Of a stretch of 64,000 nucleotides of DNA, positions 26,101 to 38,162 are shown in pieces. Made by a program: the position numbers and the translations under genes. The stretch lies in NCBI GenBank assembly GCA_964106645.2, contig OZ067042.1; one strand, written 5' to 3'. The first letter of the stretch is position 1, and every line of letters starts with the position of its first letter. Under the pieces are notes generated by a model. The model was given only the letters and a program-made list of their open reading frames with translations, was not told the origin of the DNA and searched no databases. The stretch is from Podarcis pityusensis. Taxonomy: Eukaryota.

Positions 26101-28370
26101 CTTCATCCCTGCCTGGGCTCCCATGAAACTCCAGGTGTAAATTAAGAAGGAAAGTCCCAGCCTTGGGACTGGAGGCGTGGAAGGAGGAAAGCCTTTGCTA
26201 AGTGTAACGGGATAGGGTCACCTCTAGCCTGCCTCTACCCTTAGCTGTTGGACCACGCTGGCTGGGGCTGATGGGACTTGAGCATCCCTGGTTTAGTGAG
26301 ACAGTTCTAGCGTCAGCCTTCCCACGTCCCCGGCCGCTGTCTGCTTGGCATCCAGCGCCGCTCATCCTTCCCACTCCTCCTCCTCCGGAGGAAACTGGTT
26401 TCGAGTTTAGTGGCTGAAGAAGATTCCGCTCGACTTGGGAGGGCCACCGTGGGAAAACCCGGATGGCCCTTCTCGCTGGGAAGCCGAGAGACCGGAGCTC
26501 CTTGCAAATCTCTCTCTGGGAGTGTCAAAAAGCCCCCGGAGGCGGCGCAAGTGTAGGTGGCTGGGGGGACCCCGCCGTTCCTCCCCTACGCGCGCCTTCC
26601 TTTTGCCCCACGGTCTCCAGGTTAAGGCGAGAAGGAAATGGCAAACCGAGCCCTGATAATGAGCAGATGAATAAACGTGCGAGAAACACCTCTTGGCCAC
26701 CCCGCCACCCCTCCCCACCTTTTCCTTGGCTCCTTCAAAGACGCCAAACAACCTGCTCTCCAGAAACCGCCGGGGCTGGAAGGAAGACGATCCGCGCCCC
26801 AAGTAGCGAGTGAAGGGTTTGGCAGTTTTGAAACAATGAGAAACGTGGATCGGAAGTTGGGTTTAAGTGGCTTAGAGGGGATTAGGGCTTCAAATTGGCG
26901 GTGGGGCCCGGCGCTTTCCTGCGAGAGTCACGCCGCCTTTTAAAAGATTACGCGCAGATTTGACAGCAGCTCCGGCTGGATATTATGAGCCGAGCAAAGG
27001 CAGCTGGAAGGAGCGGGGGTGGAGGTCCCTCCCGAGGGATTTTATTTTATTTTATCCCATTTTATTTTATTTTAACCCGGCTCCTTCTGTTCCTCGCCTC
27101 CAGTTTGCTTGTGCCGGTACTTTTCATAAAGGCTACTTTTGAAGCGTGTTGTGGGAAGAGCAGGGCGTACAGAGGCATTGGAACGAACATTCCTATTCCA
27201 CTCAGACGCGTTTTAATTTTGGTATGAAAAGCATACTCCCGTTAAAACGAGGGAGAGGTGCCCAACAATTTTTCTGATTGACAAGTATTTCGATTGCATT
27301 ATTTGTGGAACTTGAGTGATCACTTTTCCCCGCTTTAAGGTGTAAGAACAGCGTTTGTAAACGGAGGCTTTGTAAGGCGGAGCGCTGAAATGCGCCCTTC
27401 CCCAAACGGGGTACTAAGCTGTGTTCTGTGTTGCAACAAAAAAACACAGCAGTGCCTTGTGGCAAGTAAAAGTACTCAACAAATGAAGATATTTCTTAAT
27501 GGCGCACGAAGGTGTGGGAATCGATCCTACGTGAAAAATGGACATATAAATTTTGAACCGCAAGAGGTCCACAAAATAAGAACCAATTTCTTTCTATTTG
27601 GTGTGATTTTATTGTTGTTCACATTAATGACACAGAGCATAGACAATCTCCCGCCCTCCATGAATAGCTGTGGAAAATACGATGAAATAGAAATAGAGGC
27701 AGAGCCTTACAAACGAAGGTTCTCTGGAAATGCAGCTCATCTCCCCCTGGAAAATGAGGGGTATCCATGCCAGTGGGGTTTTTATTTGTAAAGACGTGTT
27801 TTATAACGTCTCCGTATTTTATCGAAAGTCTGAAGTGCATTTCTGAAGTCTCTCGGCCCCCTCTAGGTCCCGCCTTCGTGCCTGTTTTCTGTGATTGACT
27901 TCCTTCTATGCTCGATTTTGCCTATTTACTTATTTATTTCGCGCCCTTCACCAGGGAGGGTGGGTTATGCGATACATTTTGTGGCATAAACTGCTGTGGG
28001 CCAAAGCCCAGCTCGTTAGCATTAGCGGATGTTACATTTGATGAATCTCATACCATTAGAAATTGGTTCGTCTTTAGGCGGCCCCGAGGGGCTCTCTGCC
28101 TTGAAAAAACGGGGGATTAATTTTTTTTAATGGCTTGCTTTAAAATGACGAAAGAAGCATATTTCCATTTTTTCGTTTGCTGCCTTCCTCGTGTTGTGCA
28201 TCTTGAGCGTGTTGTGCATCTTGAGTACTTCCTAACGCGGGATGAAAGTTGGTGGTCGAAGGAGACGGGGTAAAATCACCACGTCCATTGGGAGCGAGAG
28301 GAAACTCCACACCCCAGAGGCCCTTAACGTCACTTTGTGTGTGTCCCCCTCTCCCTCCTCCCCACTTCAG

Positions 28371-28483
28371 CTTTTGGATCTCTTCATGGTGTGGGATTGG
28401 TCGACTTACCTAGCAGACTACGGGCAGCCCAGCTCCAAGTACCTGCGCGTCAATCCAACCACCGCCTTGGCCCTCCTGGAGAA
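28371..28483 (+). CDS. EXOC6: EXOC6 penultimate constitutive coding exon
   Basis: Pyrimidine tract + cag| acceptor, AA|gtgagt donor; encodes LLDLFMVWDWSTYLADYGQPSSKYLRVNPTTALALLE(K), characteristic of Sec15/EXOC6. Confidence 0.97.
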
Positions 28484-28926
28484 GTGAGTCACACACAGCC
28501 CTCCTCCTCCTCCTCTAGAGATCTGCAGGCGCTATCAGGAGACCAATGCCTTGCAGGAGAGCGAATGCTAGGGCACTCCCCCCCCCCCTCCCAGGACACG
28601 CATAGGGAAAGGTTAGGTTGTAACCCAAATGCGAGCGCTTAGGTGCCGCCTGTCCCTTTGCAAACGGGGAAATGCTTCTTTTAGTTTTAACAGCTCCATC
28701 CCGATCTCTCGTGATTAGGACTGGACACTATCTGCATCTTCCCGCTTAGGAAATTTGCCCATCCTAAATTTCCTCGGACGGACGAGTCCCCTTTCATTGG
28801 CGCCCCCAGAAGAAGCCCACGCAAGATGGCAAAGTGTGGGATGGATCTCGGAGCAATTGGTAAACGTCCTGATTTTCAGGACCTTTTGGTTTAAAGTTAT
28901 TCCAAAAATATGTAGTTACTCTTTTT

Positions 28927-28966
<40 letters not shown>

Positions 28967-29609
28967 GAGAAACCTGCAGCAAAAACGCCCCAAAAAAGGT
29001 GACTAAACTGCAGTATTAAAAATTATTCTTTTCAGTATGGGGTCTTTGCTTGCGTTGCGCTATGCAAAATTCCCATCACCAACCTCCCTGTTCAAGGAGT
29101 CCACGTGCTTTGATTTAACCGGATAGTAGATCAGATTGCTACAAAAAAGTTGATCCATTTGATCCAGTGTGCCCCCCCGCAGTGCAGGCAGGCCTTGGAT
29201 GAGGATCTAACCTTGATCGAGAGAGAGAGAGGGAGAAAGATGGATGCCTCCACAGTCTAGCTGTTCGAAGGATCGCGGCAGCTGCCTTGAAAATGGGAAA
29301 GAGAGGAAGGAAGGTGCAGTCCTGGGCAGGCTTCACCTGGGACTACGTCCCTCTGAGCTGAATGGTACTTACCGGTACGTCTGAGCAAACCTCTTTAGGC
29401 TGAAGCAGCGAGGCTCTCTGGAAGCTTCAGCCTCGCCGCAAATGCGGAGTAGCAAAGAGCGTTTAGGAGTCAAGGCACACCGCTTGCAGCTACACCCTGA
29501 AATGTAAAGGCGTTATAAATATTTAGCTGTGCCTTAAACTACCCCCTTCCTTTCTAACTGTTGATTTGTTTTCTTTCTTTCCCCCTCTCAACGCCCCAAC
29601 GTTTTGCAG

Positions 29610-29621
29610 AGTCCACAGAGG
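29610..29621 (+). CDS. EXOC6: Candidate 12-nt alternative microexon of EXOC6 (inserts VHRG)
   Basis: CTAAC branch-like motif (29554-29558), long pyrimidine tract, ttttgcag|AGTCCACAGAGG|gtatgt; phase 2/2, stop-free: AA+A GTC CAC AGA GG+A gives K-V-H-R-G-M. Confidence 0.7.
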
Positions 29622-30344
29622 GTATGTATTTTTGTACTTTTTTGGTTTTACTTCTACTGTCACTCCGAATTTATTCCTTTTGGTATTAAACCACCCAAGT
29701 TTCCGCTTCGAAGAGATTAATAGGAAGGCTGCCTAAAACAAACAACCAAACAAAGAACAACTCAAGCCAAACTAAAGTGTCTTAATGGTTACAAGAAGTT
29801 GCCCATATACGAATTACAATGAACTGCATTCTGTTCCTTCTACAAGTAACTTAAATAACAACTGATTGTAACAGAATTCCCTTTGCTTCCATGGATACTT
29901 CCACACATCTATAATATTTAGGGTAGCCTCCATCCCCCATTAAAAAAAAAAAAAAGCCCTGTTTGCACTGGAAAATCCTGCTTTGTCATCCCAGCTCAGA
30001 ATTTTCAGATTTGGAAAATGAACTCAGGTCCCGGAAAGTTTATGCCATCCTAAAATATTTTAGCCTTTGAAGTTCACGGGTCTCTCTGTTGTTTTCGCCT
30101 AGACTGCTCTTTCCGCCGTTCCGATTGGAAGAAAATCGGATTAAGCTGGTGCCGTAAACTCGGCTGCTTGAGAACCTCAAAGGTTCCGAGCGCGTCGTTT
30201 TTTGCGCATTTGGGTGGGGTGCTGGGGCATTAAACCCTTTGCGTTGGGAACGAACGCAAATGAGGAGGAAATTTGGGCTTCTTTTGAAAACGAACGAACT
30301 AACTTAAATTCTGTTTCTTTCCTCTTCTCCCGTTCTGCTTTCAG

Positions 30345-30474
30345 AATGAAAGACGTGAAGAAGAACAACATCTTCGCCCAGTTCAGGAAGAACGACCGCG
30401 ACAAGCAGAAGCTCATCGAGACGGTGGTGAGGCAGCTGCGAGGCTTGGTGAACGGGATGTCCCAGCACTCCTGA
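30345..30474 (+). CDS. EXOC6: EXOC6 last coding exon
   Basis: ttctgctttcag|A acceptor; encodes (K)MKDVKKNNIFAQFRKNDRDKQKLIETVVRQLRGLVNGMSQHS-stop, matching the EXOC6 C-terminus. Confidence 0.97.
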
Positions 30475-31575
30475 ACGCCGGGCGTTTCTGGAGACCGGCG
30501 GGCGGAGGCCGAAAACTAAGCCTGCGTCTCCGCGGTTAGGGTCCTTGCTCCATGGACAACTGGAAAAGATGCTGTGAAAGGGACCGGCCTATGGAAACAG
30601 CCGGAGAGAACCTGAGCGTCTGCACTGCTGTCAATTAATGCTATCTTAACAACAACAACTTGTAAAAGGAAAACAAAACAAACCACACACAGACATACAT
30701 TAGTAGGGGTGGAATAGGGCTGTATATTTACCAAGCCAAAATGCCAAATTGTACATGCAACAGTGGGATTGTAAATAACTTTCTTTGCGGTCTGCGGGCA
30801 ATGCCTCAAGATTCCCCCCTCCCCTTTTCCAAATGACTTGGTGGGGGTGAGATTGCCACGCAATCCGCCTCTGCTGCTCCCTACACTAACCCCGAGGTCA
30901 TGTTTCAAGGAACTTTTTCTGTTTCAATAGTTGCCTGTCTCTCTAAATATAAATATAAATATATAATATATATATTTACACACACTCTCCTGTATTATTT
31001 GTAAATTATTAGCCTTAAGTGATCCAACAGGTTTTCTATACCAGATTTTCTTCCTTTCCTTTCTTTTTTTGTAGTGGGGGCAAAAAAGGAGAGGGTTTTC
31101 TTTTTTTTGTAGAAGCCTTTCCAAACTACCTGAATCAAAACTCCGGCCTTGGTGGTCTTTGAACAACTGGACTTTTCTCGGGTATTTGAGCGACGGGACT
31201 TTTATATACAATTCTTAAACCCCCCGCGGCCCCCCCCCCCAGTTTCCTCTGCCTGCGTAAGGGATAAGGCAGCGCGATGCCAATGTTGTGCGTGTAGTTG
31301 TGTAGGTAGGTCTGTGTGTGTGTGTGTGTCCATCTGGGTGTTTCTAGGACTAGCTATTCCCCACCCCACTCCGTTCCCCTCAGTTTTCAACTTCTGCACT
31401 GGAGCAGCCTCGTTCGAAACGCAAAGCGAATGTATCCTAAATTCCAAAAAAACCAAATGAACGAGGGACTTCCATCAAGAATGTATCTTTCTTTCCTTCT
31501 TTTCATGCGCTCCGTGTATTAAGTTATTTGGACAGTCCCGAATACAGTAATATAAACCTTACCCTCCCTTTGGTG
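30475..31575 (+). other. EXOC6: Probable EXOC6 3' UTR (3' end uncertain)
   Basis: Follows the stop codon, AU-rich tracts; variant poly(A) hexamers AATACA/AATATA/TATAAA at 31541-31556 followed by a GU/U-rich stretch. Confidence 0.45.
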
Positions 31576-32294
31576 TGGCTTGTTTCATTTTTTTTCTAAT
31601 GGGGGAATGCTGCGTCTCAGCCTGCTGGACCTTCTCTCATCGGGGTTTCGATCAAACGAATCTCTCCTTCTGACTTCGGCTCAGGCACAGTCGAGATCGT
31701 CCGCGCCCTCGGATCTTCCTTGCCTGTCCAGGCGGCCTATACGGTTTGTGGGAGCAGCAGCCGCGATTTCAAGGAGTGTGCAACGGGGGAAGATTTTTTC
31801 CCCTCCCAGCCAAGTCCACCAGCCTTGGAGATGCGACCGGAAAGTCAGGGCACCTCGGAGCATCTTGCTTATTTTCTCTCTCTCTTTTCTTCCCACTCTT
31901 TTCTCATTAGAGGAGACAAGATTGAAGCTGCATTCAATCGTGCATTGTTTAGGGAGGAACTCTGGGGGTGTTGGGTTGTGCCTTTTTTTTTTTTAAGGAA
32001 GGGATGGGGGCAGCTGCCGGGAGGATCAATCGGAGCCGAAGACAGAGAGCTGTCGCTTCGGGTTTGCTGGCCAAGACCGATGGCCCCCAAAGGGCATGGA
32101 CGGGGCCAGCCTGGCCTCATCCTCGGAGGGTTTGATCTGCCCTGCGATAAGGCCTCTGCAGCCCACCTTTCCTCATGAGGCAGCCGGGTAAGTTCTTTTG
32201 CTTCTTAGCGAGGGAGGTCTGCAGATCTGGCTAAAAAGGGGGCCGGTAGTTTGCTGCTGAAGTTCCAGCAATTGGGGGGCGGAATTGGGAATGA

Positions 32295-32600
32295 GAGGGT
32301 CGAATGGAAGCTATTCAGGGCAGATCAAAGGAAGTGCCTCTTCACGCCGCGCAAGGATGAGCTATGGAACTCGCTTCCACAGGAGGCAGCGGTGACCTCT
32401 ATGGCTTTAAAAGAGGACTAGACAAATTCTAAGTTGCCGATGGCTACTAGCCATGATGGCTGTGCTCTGCGCAATGCTTCTGAATACCAGTTGCTGGAAA
32501 CCATAGGAGGGGAGAGGGTTCTTGTGCTTGCTGGTTTCCCACAGGCATCTGGTTGGCCACTGTGAGAACAGGCTTTCGACCAGGCCCCTAATTGCTCTTA
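32295..32600 (+). mobile_element. CR1-type LINE 3' fragment
   Basis: ctatggaactcgcttccacaggagg...ggctttaaaagaggactagacaaattc plus UTR-like ggttggccactgtgagaacagg; paralogous to 3830-4310. Confidence 0.6.
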
Positions 32601-33552
32601 TATGCTAAGGACGCGCCTGTAACAATTTTGGCTTTACAAAGACTCAACGAGCCAACAGAGCAGCTCAGATCGACGGGAATTTGGCCTTCACAGTCTTGGG
32701 AGACGTGATGAGCGTCCCGCGCGCTTGCTTTGCGCCAAGCCGGGCACCTGGAATCATTTCCCGGTTCTTGACAAATGCCGCAGGGAAACTGGGGTGTAGG
32801 ATAGATGGCTGGAGAGCCAGAGAGTCTCCTTGACATTAAGTGAAACAGGGAAAGGTGTCCTCTGATCTTGACATCCTGCAAGAACTTTGAATGAAGGCGC
32901 AGACCCGGGCTTTATGCATCCACGGGACCTGGCAGGCGCTGCAGCGGGGAAAGAGGCACCACGCACTTATGCGCCTCGGTGGGAAAGTGGTGCAGCTTCA
33001 CTTCTTCAGCCCCCCCGCCCCGCACGCTCCAGCACAAAGGACAGATGCTTCTGTGATCTGGATCTCTAAGGGGCAGCCCTATCTGGGAAGTAGAAAAGAC
33101 GCTATTTTTTTTTTTAAGGACCAGTATTGAGAAAATCCTGTAGCTTTTTCCGCTAATGTCACTCGTTAGCCATTCTTATGGGCACCACTGGGGCTAGGAA
33201 GGTGATTTGAGATAGAGCCTCTTAGCGGGACGAAGCCGGGGTCTAGGTATTCTAAATAAATAAGTGCAAAAAACGGGGGACGGAGAGGACAGAACTCAGC
33301 AAGTTCAGTGAGTATGGAACTGGGCTATTAGGAGAGAGGATGCGGTGTGCGGAATGGACCCGCATGTTTCTGGTCCCGCTTGGATTGAACAGGAAAAGAA
33401 AAACCGACTGTGCCTTAGGGTTCAAAACTAGTCGTTCAGGTCTTTCAGCCTGAGGTTCTTGTCACCGTCTAAGATGGCCTTTCGCTCGTCGCTTGTGGCC
33501 TTCGGGTCTTCTCTCCGCAGGCCATGTCTTTGTGGTCTTTTCGTTGAGGGAC

Positions 33553-33553
<1 letters not shown>

Positions 33554-33591
<38 letters not shown>
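33554..33591. repeat. (AAT)n microsatellite
   Basis: Read directly from the sequence. Confidence 0.95.
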
Positions 33592-33592
<1 letters not shown>

Positions 33593-35629
33593 AACAGCAA
33601 GTGCAATAAACCTCTACAATATGCAGTAAAGGCGAGATACAATGGGGGGGGGGGGTCACCAAGCTGCTTACATGAACTTATCAGCGTTCAATTCCCTCAC
33701 CGCTACTGTTGCCACAAATGCAACCTAAGACCTTCGCCCACGCAAGAGCACGTGTGTCGTGTAATTTCCTAACTTTATGTTCAATAAAGCAGACGCAAAT
33801 TAGCTGGAAGGTGACTTCAAAACGCGGCTTGGAAAGCAGCGGCATTTGCTTCGCTAATCCCTCCAGGATTCCCCTGCCGTTGCCGGTTCCTTGAAGGACT
33901 TTTGCCGGCTGCACCCGAGATAAATTTGCTGAGCAATTGCCGCACATGCGTGGCTTCGGCGTCATCCCACCCAGAACTTGGCTGCAAATGTTTAGGAAAG
34001 CGGCGCAAACCACAGGCATTAGAGAACCTTGCGAACTTCATGGGTGCATATTATTAATATTTGCTAATAAGAATCACTAGCATTCGTTCAGAGCGGTGCA
34101 GAGTTGGTAGTAGAAACTTCCCCCTGTCGAAAGCTGTGTGGATTGGGGCGGGTTGTGTAGTTACTAAGCCTTCCCCGGGACTCACCCTACTCACTACCTC
34201 CAAGCTAAGGTAGCTGGAAGTCCGGCCCGCGTAAATGGAGATGGGGCCGGAATCGACAAGCTGCAATCCGCGTACTAAAGTGAGAGAGAAGAAGCACAGA
34301 TTGCAGGGCAGCTCATGGGCGCCTCGCCCCATTGCTACCTGTGGGTGATATTTGGGAGTTAGCAAGCAAAGGCTTTCATCTCCCTGTCTTCGCCTCTCTC
34401 TTTAATATTGCTTGAAATGGCAGTCCCACCTCTCCTGGAGCGACAGGACCCAACTCCGTCGGACTGAAGTAGCTCTGCGCCGCTGCCCACGGAGGGAACT
34501 TCTACACCCCACCAAAGTGGGCCCAGAGGGGTTATTTCAGGGAGGGACGGGGAGAGACGCGTGGCTTGCCGCCTGCGGCTTCCAATCCACAAAACACCTA
34601 GCCATCCTCTTTGGGGCGGCAGAAGAAACCCAGTTGGTTTATTCCATGTACATCGCGCTTGTCCTCCAAGTAGCTGAGGGGTGATCGATAGAGGCACCCC
34701 ACCCCCGCCTCCCCTCATTTAATCCTCCGAACAACCCTGTAATGTAGCTTTGGGAGAGAATGATTGGCCCAAGGCCACCTAGGGAGCGTCGAGTTGAGTG
34801 TTCCTGCCTGATCTTCTGTAAACCAGATGCTGACAGACTTCAGGCTGGTGGGATCTGCTTAGAGTTTTTAAACCCGGAGATACGCCAACCGGAGCCAGGA
34901 AGCTAGAGGCAACTCTCCACAGCACCTTGGGACGCACTGCTTCTGAAAGTGCAAATTCCTCCCACCAGGTAACAACCTTTGTAGCTTCGTGACGGAACAT
35001 CCGCTTTACAGGTCACGGGTTCAATCCGGGTAGGCCTGGGACTTCTGGCGTTCTGGAGAGCGCCTGCCTGTCAGTGTAGACAATAATGACCTAGATATAC
35101 CAGTGGTCTGGTTTGGTATAAGGCAGATTCCCAGGTTGCTGATTTAGAAAGGGCTGACTGAAGTGAATTAACTGCTTTGTTGTTATCAAGAAGCCTTATT
35201 ACCCACAGATCTTTCTGCGCGCCCCTGCTCTGAATCACTATTACAGAGCTAACCTGTGGCGACCCTAAGCCCGCTTACCTGGGAGTAAGCCCCACTGAAT
35301 TCAAGGGCGGGGGGGGGGAGGCTCATTTCTCATTTCCGAGTAGACCTGTCTAGGATTGCCTTAACCTGCTCAGTAGGGGCAGGGGGCTTATTCCCAGGTC
35401 TCAGCTCTCCTGGCATAAAGTCCTGCATCGCTCCCGGAGCCAGTCCAAGCAGCGCCTTCTGCTTCCAATGAGACGCCTGGTTTTCCAAATCCAGGCGGGG
35501 CGGGTAGGGTCCCAGTGGGCTGCCCTTGGGTTACCTGCGAGGCGAGTCTCCCCCTCCCGAGACAGGAGAGGTCCGTCCCAGCAGCGCTTTCCTCCTCCTC
35601 CTCCCCCCCCCTTTCATCGCGGACCCTCT

Positions 35630-35735
35630 CAGGCGCCAATCGCAGCGCTTTCGGCCCCCCGTTTTAAATATGCAGCGGAGACGTCAGCAGGCGCACCCCC
35701 CAGCGAAGGTGGCTGGCCAATATCTATATAAATCT
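35630..35735 (+). promoter_or_regulatory. CYP26C1: Candidate CYP26C1 core promoter (CCAAT boxes and TATA)
   Basis: CCAAT at 35636 and 35717, TATATAAA at 35725-35732, in CpG-rich sequence ~820 bp upstream of the ATG. Confidence 0.55.
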
Positions 35736-36551
35736 GTGCAAGGCAGAGAATAGTTAAAAGGGGTGTGCGCGAAGGATGCTCCCAAAGGGTGAGAGAAGGA
35801 GCGTCCGAGCGCAGGCGGTTTTTGACAGCTCGGCAGAGAAGGGGAAAGGCGGAGGGGGATGAAGAAGAAGCCTCTTCAGAGTTCTCACCCTATGCGCGAG
35901 CAGCCTGGGCGGGCAAATCCTCTTTGGATTCCTAGGGGCTGACCGTCGAGGATGGGGCTCGTGGTGCTTGCAAGTGGGTCCGAGGGATCCCGATCCCAGC
36001 CACGCCGGTTCTGAGCAGAATGGCCCCCTCTCACTCCCTGGCCGCAAAAGGAAAGGACGGTGCGCTGTAGTTTCCCCGATCCTTTCAAAGTAGGTTGCGA
36101 TTCTTTCAGACGCGCAGTGGAAACGGGAAGAGACCCCCGCCGAGGTGAGAGCAAAGCGGCTGCGCTGTTGGGTTTCCTTTTATGTTTTGTGGGGGGCAGG
36201 GGGAGACACACTAGGAGAGGTGTCTTGGAGGTCTTCTTGACACCTCCCTCCCGGTTTGACTCTCAGGTTTTGCGCGGGCGCACCCGCTTTGGATCGCAAG
36301 CTTTGCGCAAGATTCCTTTGGGGACTTTAATGGACGGGTGGCGAGGAAAAGCATCTTTGAATAAAAAGTGGCATTTTGGGGATGGGTTGGCTTCTTTGCT
36401 TCCTGTATGGTGAGTTGAACCCACCTCTATGGGAATCCTAATCCGGAGTAGGATGCCCTGGCATCTGGTAGCAGATTTTCCCTCTCAAATATTCCCTTTC
36501 TCTATCCCTCTCCAGCTGAAGCCACAGTCGGCCAGTGAATTCCGCCGGGCG

Positions 36552-36788
36552 ATGCTGCCCAGCCCGAGCACGAAGATGCTGCCGCCGGTGGCAACCTCTG
36601 AGGATGCGCTCTCCTGGCTGGAGGCTGCGCTGGCCACCTGCCTGGCGGTGGCCTTCCTGCTGGCGCTGGCGCGGCACCTGTGGGCGCTGCGCTGGAGCCT
36701 GAGCCGAGACCGCGCCAGCGCCCTGCCGCTGCCCAAGGGCTCCATGGGTTGGCCCTTCTTCGGCGAGACGCTGCATTGGCTGGTCCAG
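36552..36788 (+). CDS. CYP26C1: Cytochrome P450 26C1, coding exon 1
   Basis: ATG at 36552 (alternative in-frame ATG at 36576); hydrophobic anchor followed by LPLPKGSMGWPFFGETLHWLVQ, typical of CYP26C1; CAG|gtgagc donor. Confidence 0.93.
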
Positions 36789-37023
36789 GTGAGCACTGGG
36801 GCGGCGGCGGGCGCGGCAGGTGAAGGACGAGCCTCCTGGGCTTAGCGCAGCCAGGACCGCGGACGGGGGCTTAGCCCAGAGGCACTCTGCACATGATCAG
36901 GGCACCGAAAAAGAGTTCTAGAGAGTGTGTCCCGCTCAAAGGAAGGTCCTACCGCTAGTCGCCCATTTCTCAGGATGGGAAAACGAAAGCCCTCGAGCTG
37001 GAGGGGACGCGGGCTGGGCAAAT

Positions 37024-37146
37024 CAGGGGTAGCTCAGTTGGTAGAGCATGAGACTCTTAATCTCCTGGTCGTGGGTTCCGACATTGCAGGGAATCTGACT
37101 ACATGGCCTTCGTGGTCCCTTCCAACTCTACAATTGCATGATTTTA
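37024..37146 (+). mobile_element. tRNA(Lys-CTT)-derived SINE with CR1-like tail in CYP26C1 intron 1
   Basis: TAGCTCAGTTGGTAGAGCATGAGACTCTTAATCTC..GGTCGTGGGTTC head; tail GGTCCCTTCCAACTCTACAATTGCATGATT. Confidence 0.8.
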
Positions 37147-37553
37147 CGACGCATTTGCCAAGCTGTCAGTTCAGTGGGATTTATTCCCAAGCAGGTGCGC
37201 CTAAGGCTGTATCACTTCCAGAGGTGTTCCTCAATGCAGGGAGGAAAGCACTTTTGTGAGGCTCAGAGACACTCTTCACATGTCCCAGGGTTGAAATTTA
37301 GGAATCATAGTAAACCGATTCCCCCTTTGAAAAGGCACTCTGAGTCCCCACGGAGGCGATCTCGGGCCGATGGTGCTCTTTCTGGGGAACCAGGATATGT
37401 TTGACACAAAGCAGCAGCTGCGAGGACTCAGCCCAGTGGGGAAAGCGCTCTTCACTATCTCAGAGACACCGTCGACTTTCTTCGCAAACTGTCTGCGAAG
37501 CTTGAGCCCAGGCCTGGGTCTCCATCCCTCTCTTTATCTGCCTGGCTGTGCAG

Positions 37554-37778
37554 GGTTCCAGCTTCCACAGCTCCCGGCGGCAAAGATACGGCGCCGTGTT
37601 CAAGACGCACCTGCTGGGCAAGCCGGTGATCCGCGTGAGCGGCGCCGACAACGTGCGCAAGATCCTGCTGGGAGAGCACAGCCTGGTGAGCGCCCAGTGG
37701 CCGCTCAGCACCCAGATCCTGCTGGGCTCGCACACCCTCCTCAACGCCAGCGCCGAGGCGCACCGCCAGCGCAGGAAG
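37554..37778 (+). CDS. CYP26C1: CYP26C1 coding exon 2
   Basis: tgcag|GGT ... AAG|gtagga; 225 nt; [42 protein letters not shown]...RRK. Confidence 0.97.
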
Positions 37779-38159
37779 GTAGGAGGCGGAGGGGCGCGTC
37801 GCTGGGGAGGGAACCGAGCCTGAAACCGAGCCGAGGCGCCCTCTGGGGAAGAGAAGGCAGCTCGCTGGCATTCATCTCCCCCTTACAGGTGTTGTTGGGC
37901 CCCCACTCCCATCAGCTTCAACCAGCACGGCCAATGGCGAGGAACCATGAGAGATGCGGTCCAGCAATATCTAGGGGTGGGGAGCCCTATAGCTAAAAGC
38001 TGGCTGTGGAAGTTTGTGCTAGGCGCTGTCGCAGATTCCAGTAGCCACGCAAAGGTTTAGGACCCGCGTCTTACGCAATTCTCTTGGTTGCTGCTAGGAC
38101 TATACCACTTAGGGCTACTGCTGGTGGCCGGGGTTGTAACCCCCCCCCCCATTCTTACA

Positions 38160-38162
<3 letters not shown>

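Noticed and set aside
28190-28225. 18-bp tandem duplication (also a short one near 25000)
   Set aside because: Ordinary slippage duplication with no evident function.
36429-36551. N-terminal extension of CYP26C1 from ATG 36429
   Set aside because: Crosses a strong acceptor at 36515 and would place a long polar segment before the membrane anchor; more likely intron/UTR.
37024-37085. tRNA-Lys(CTT) gene
   Set aside because: T-arm and 3' acceptor stem are missing and the sequence runs into a CR1-like tail, so it is a SINE head.
37370-37996. 208-aa + strand ORF and overlapping minus-strand ORFs
   Set aside because: Off-frame or antisense shadows of GC-rich CYP26C1 exon 2.
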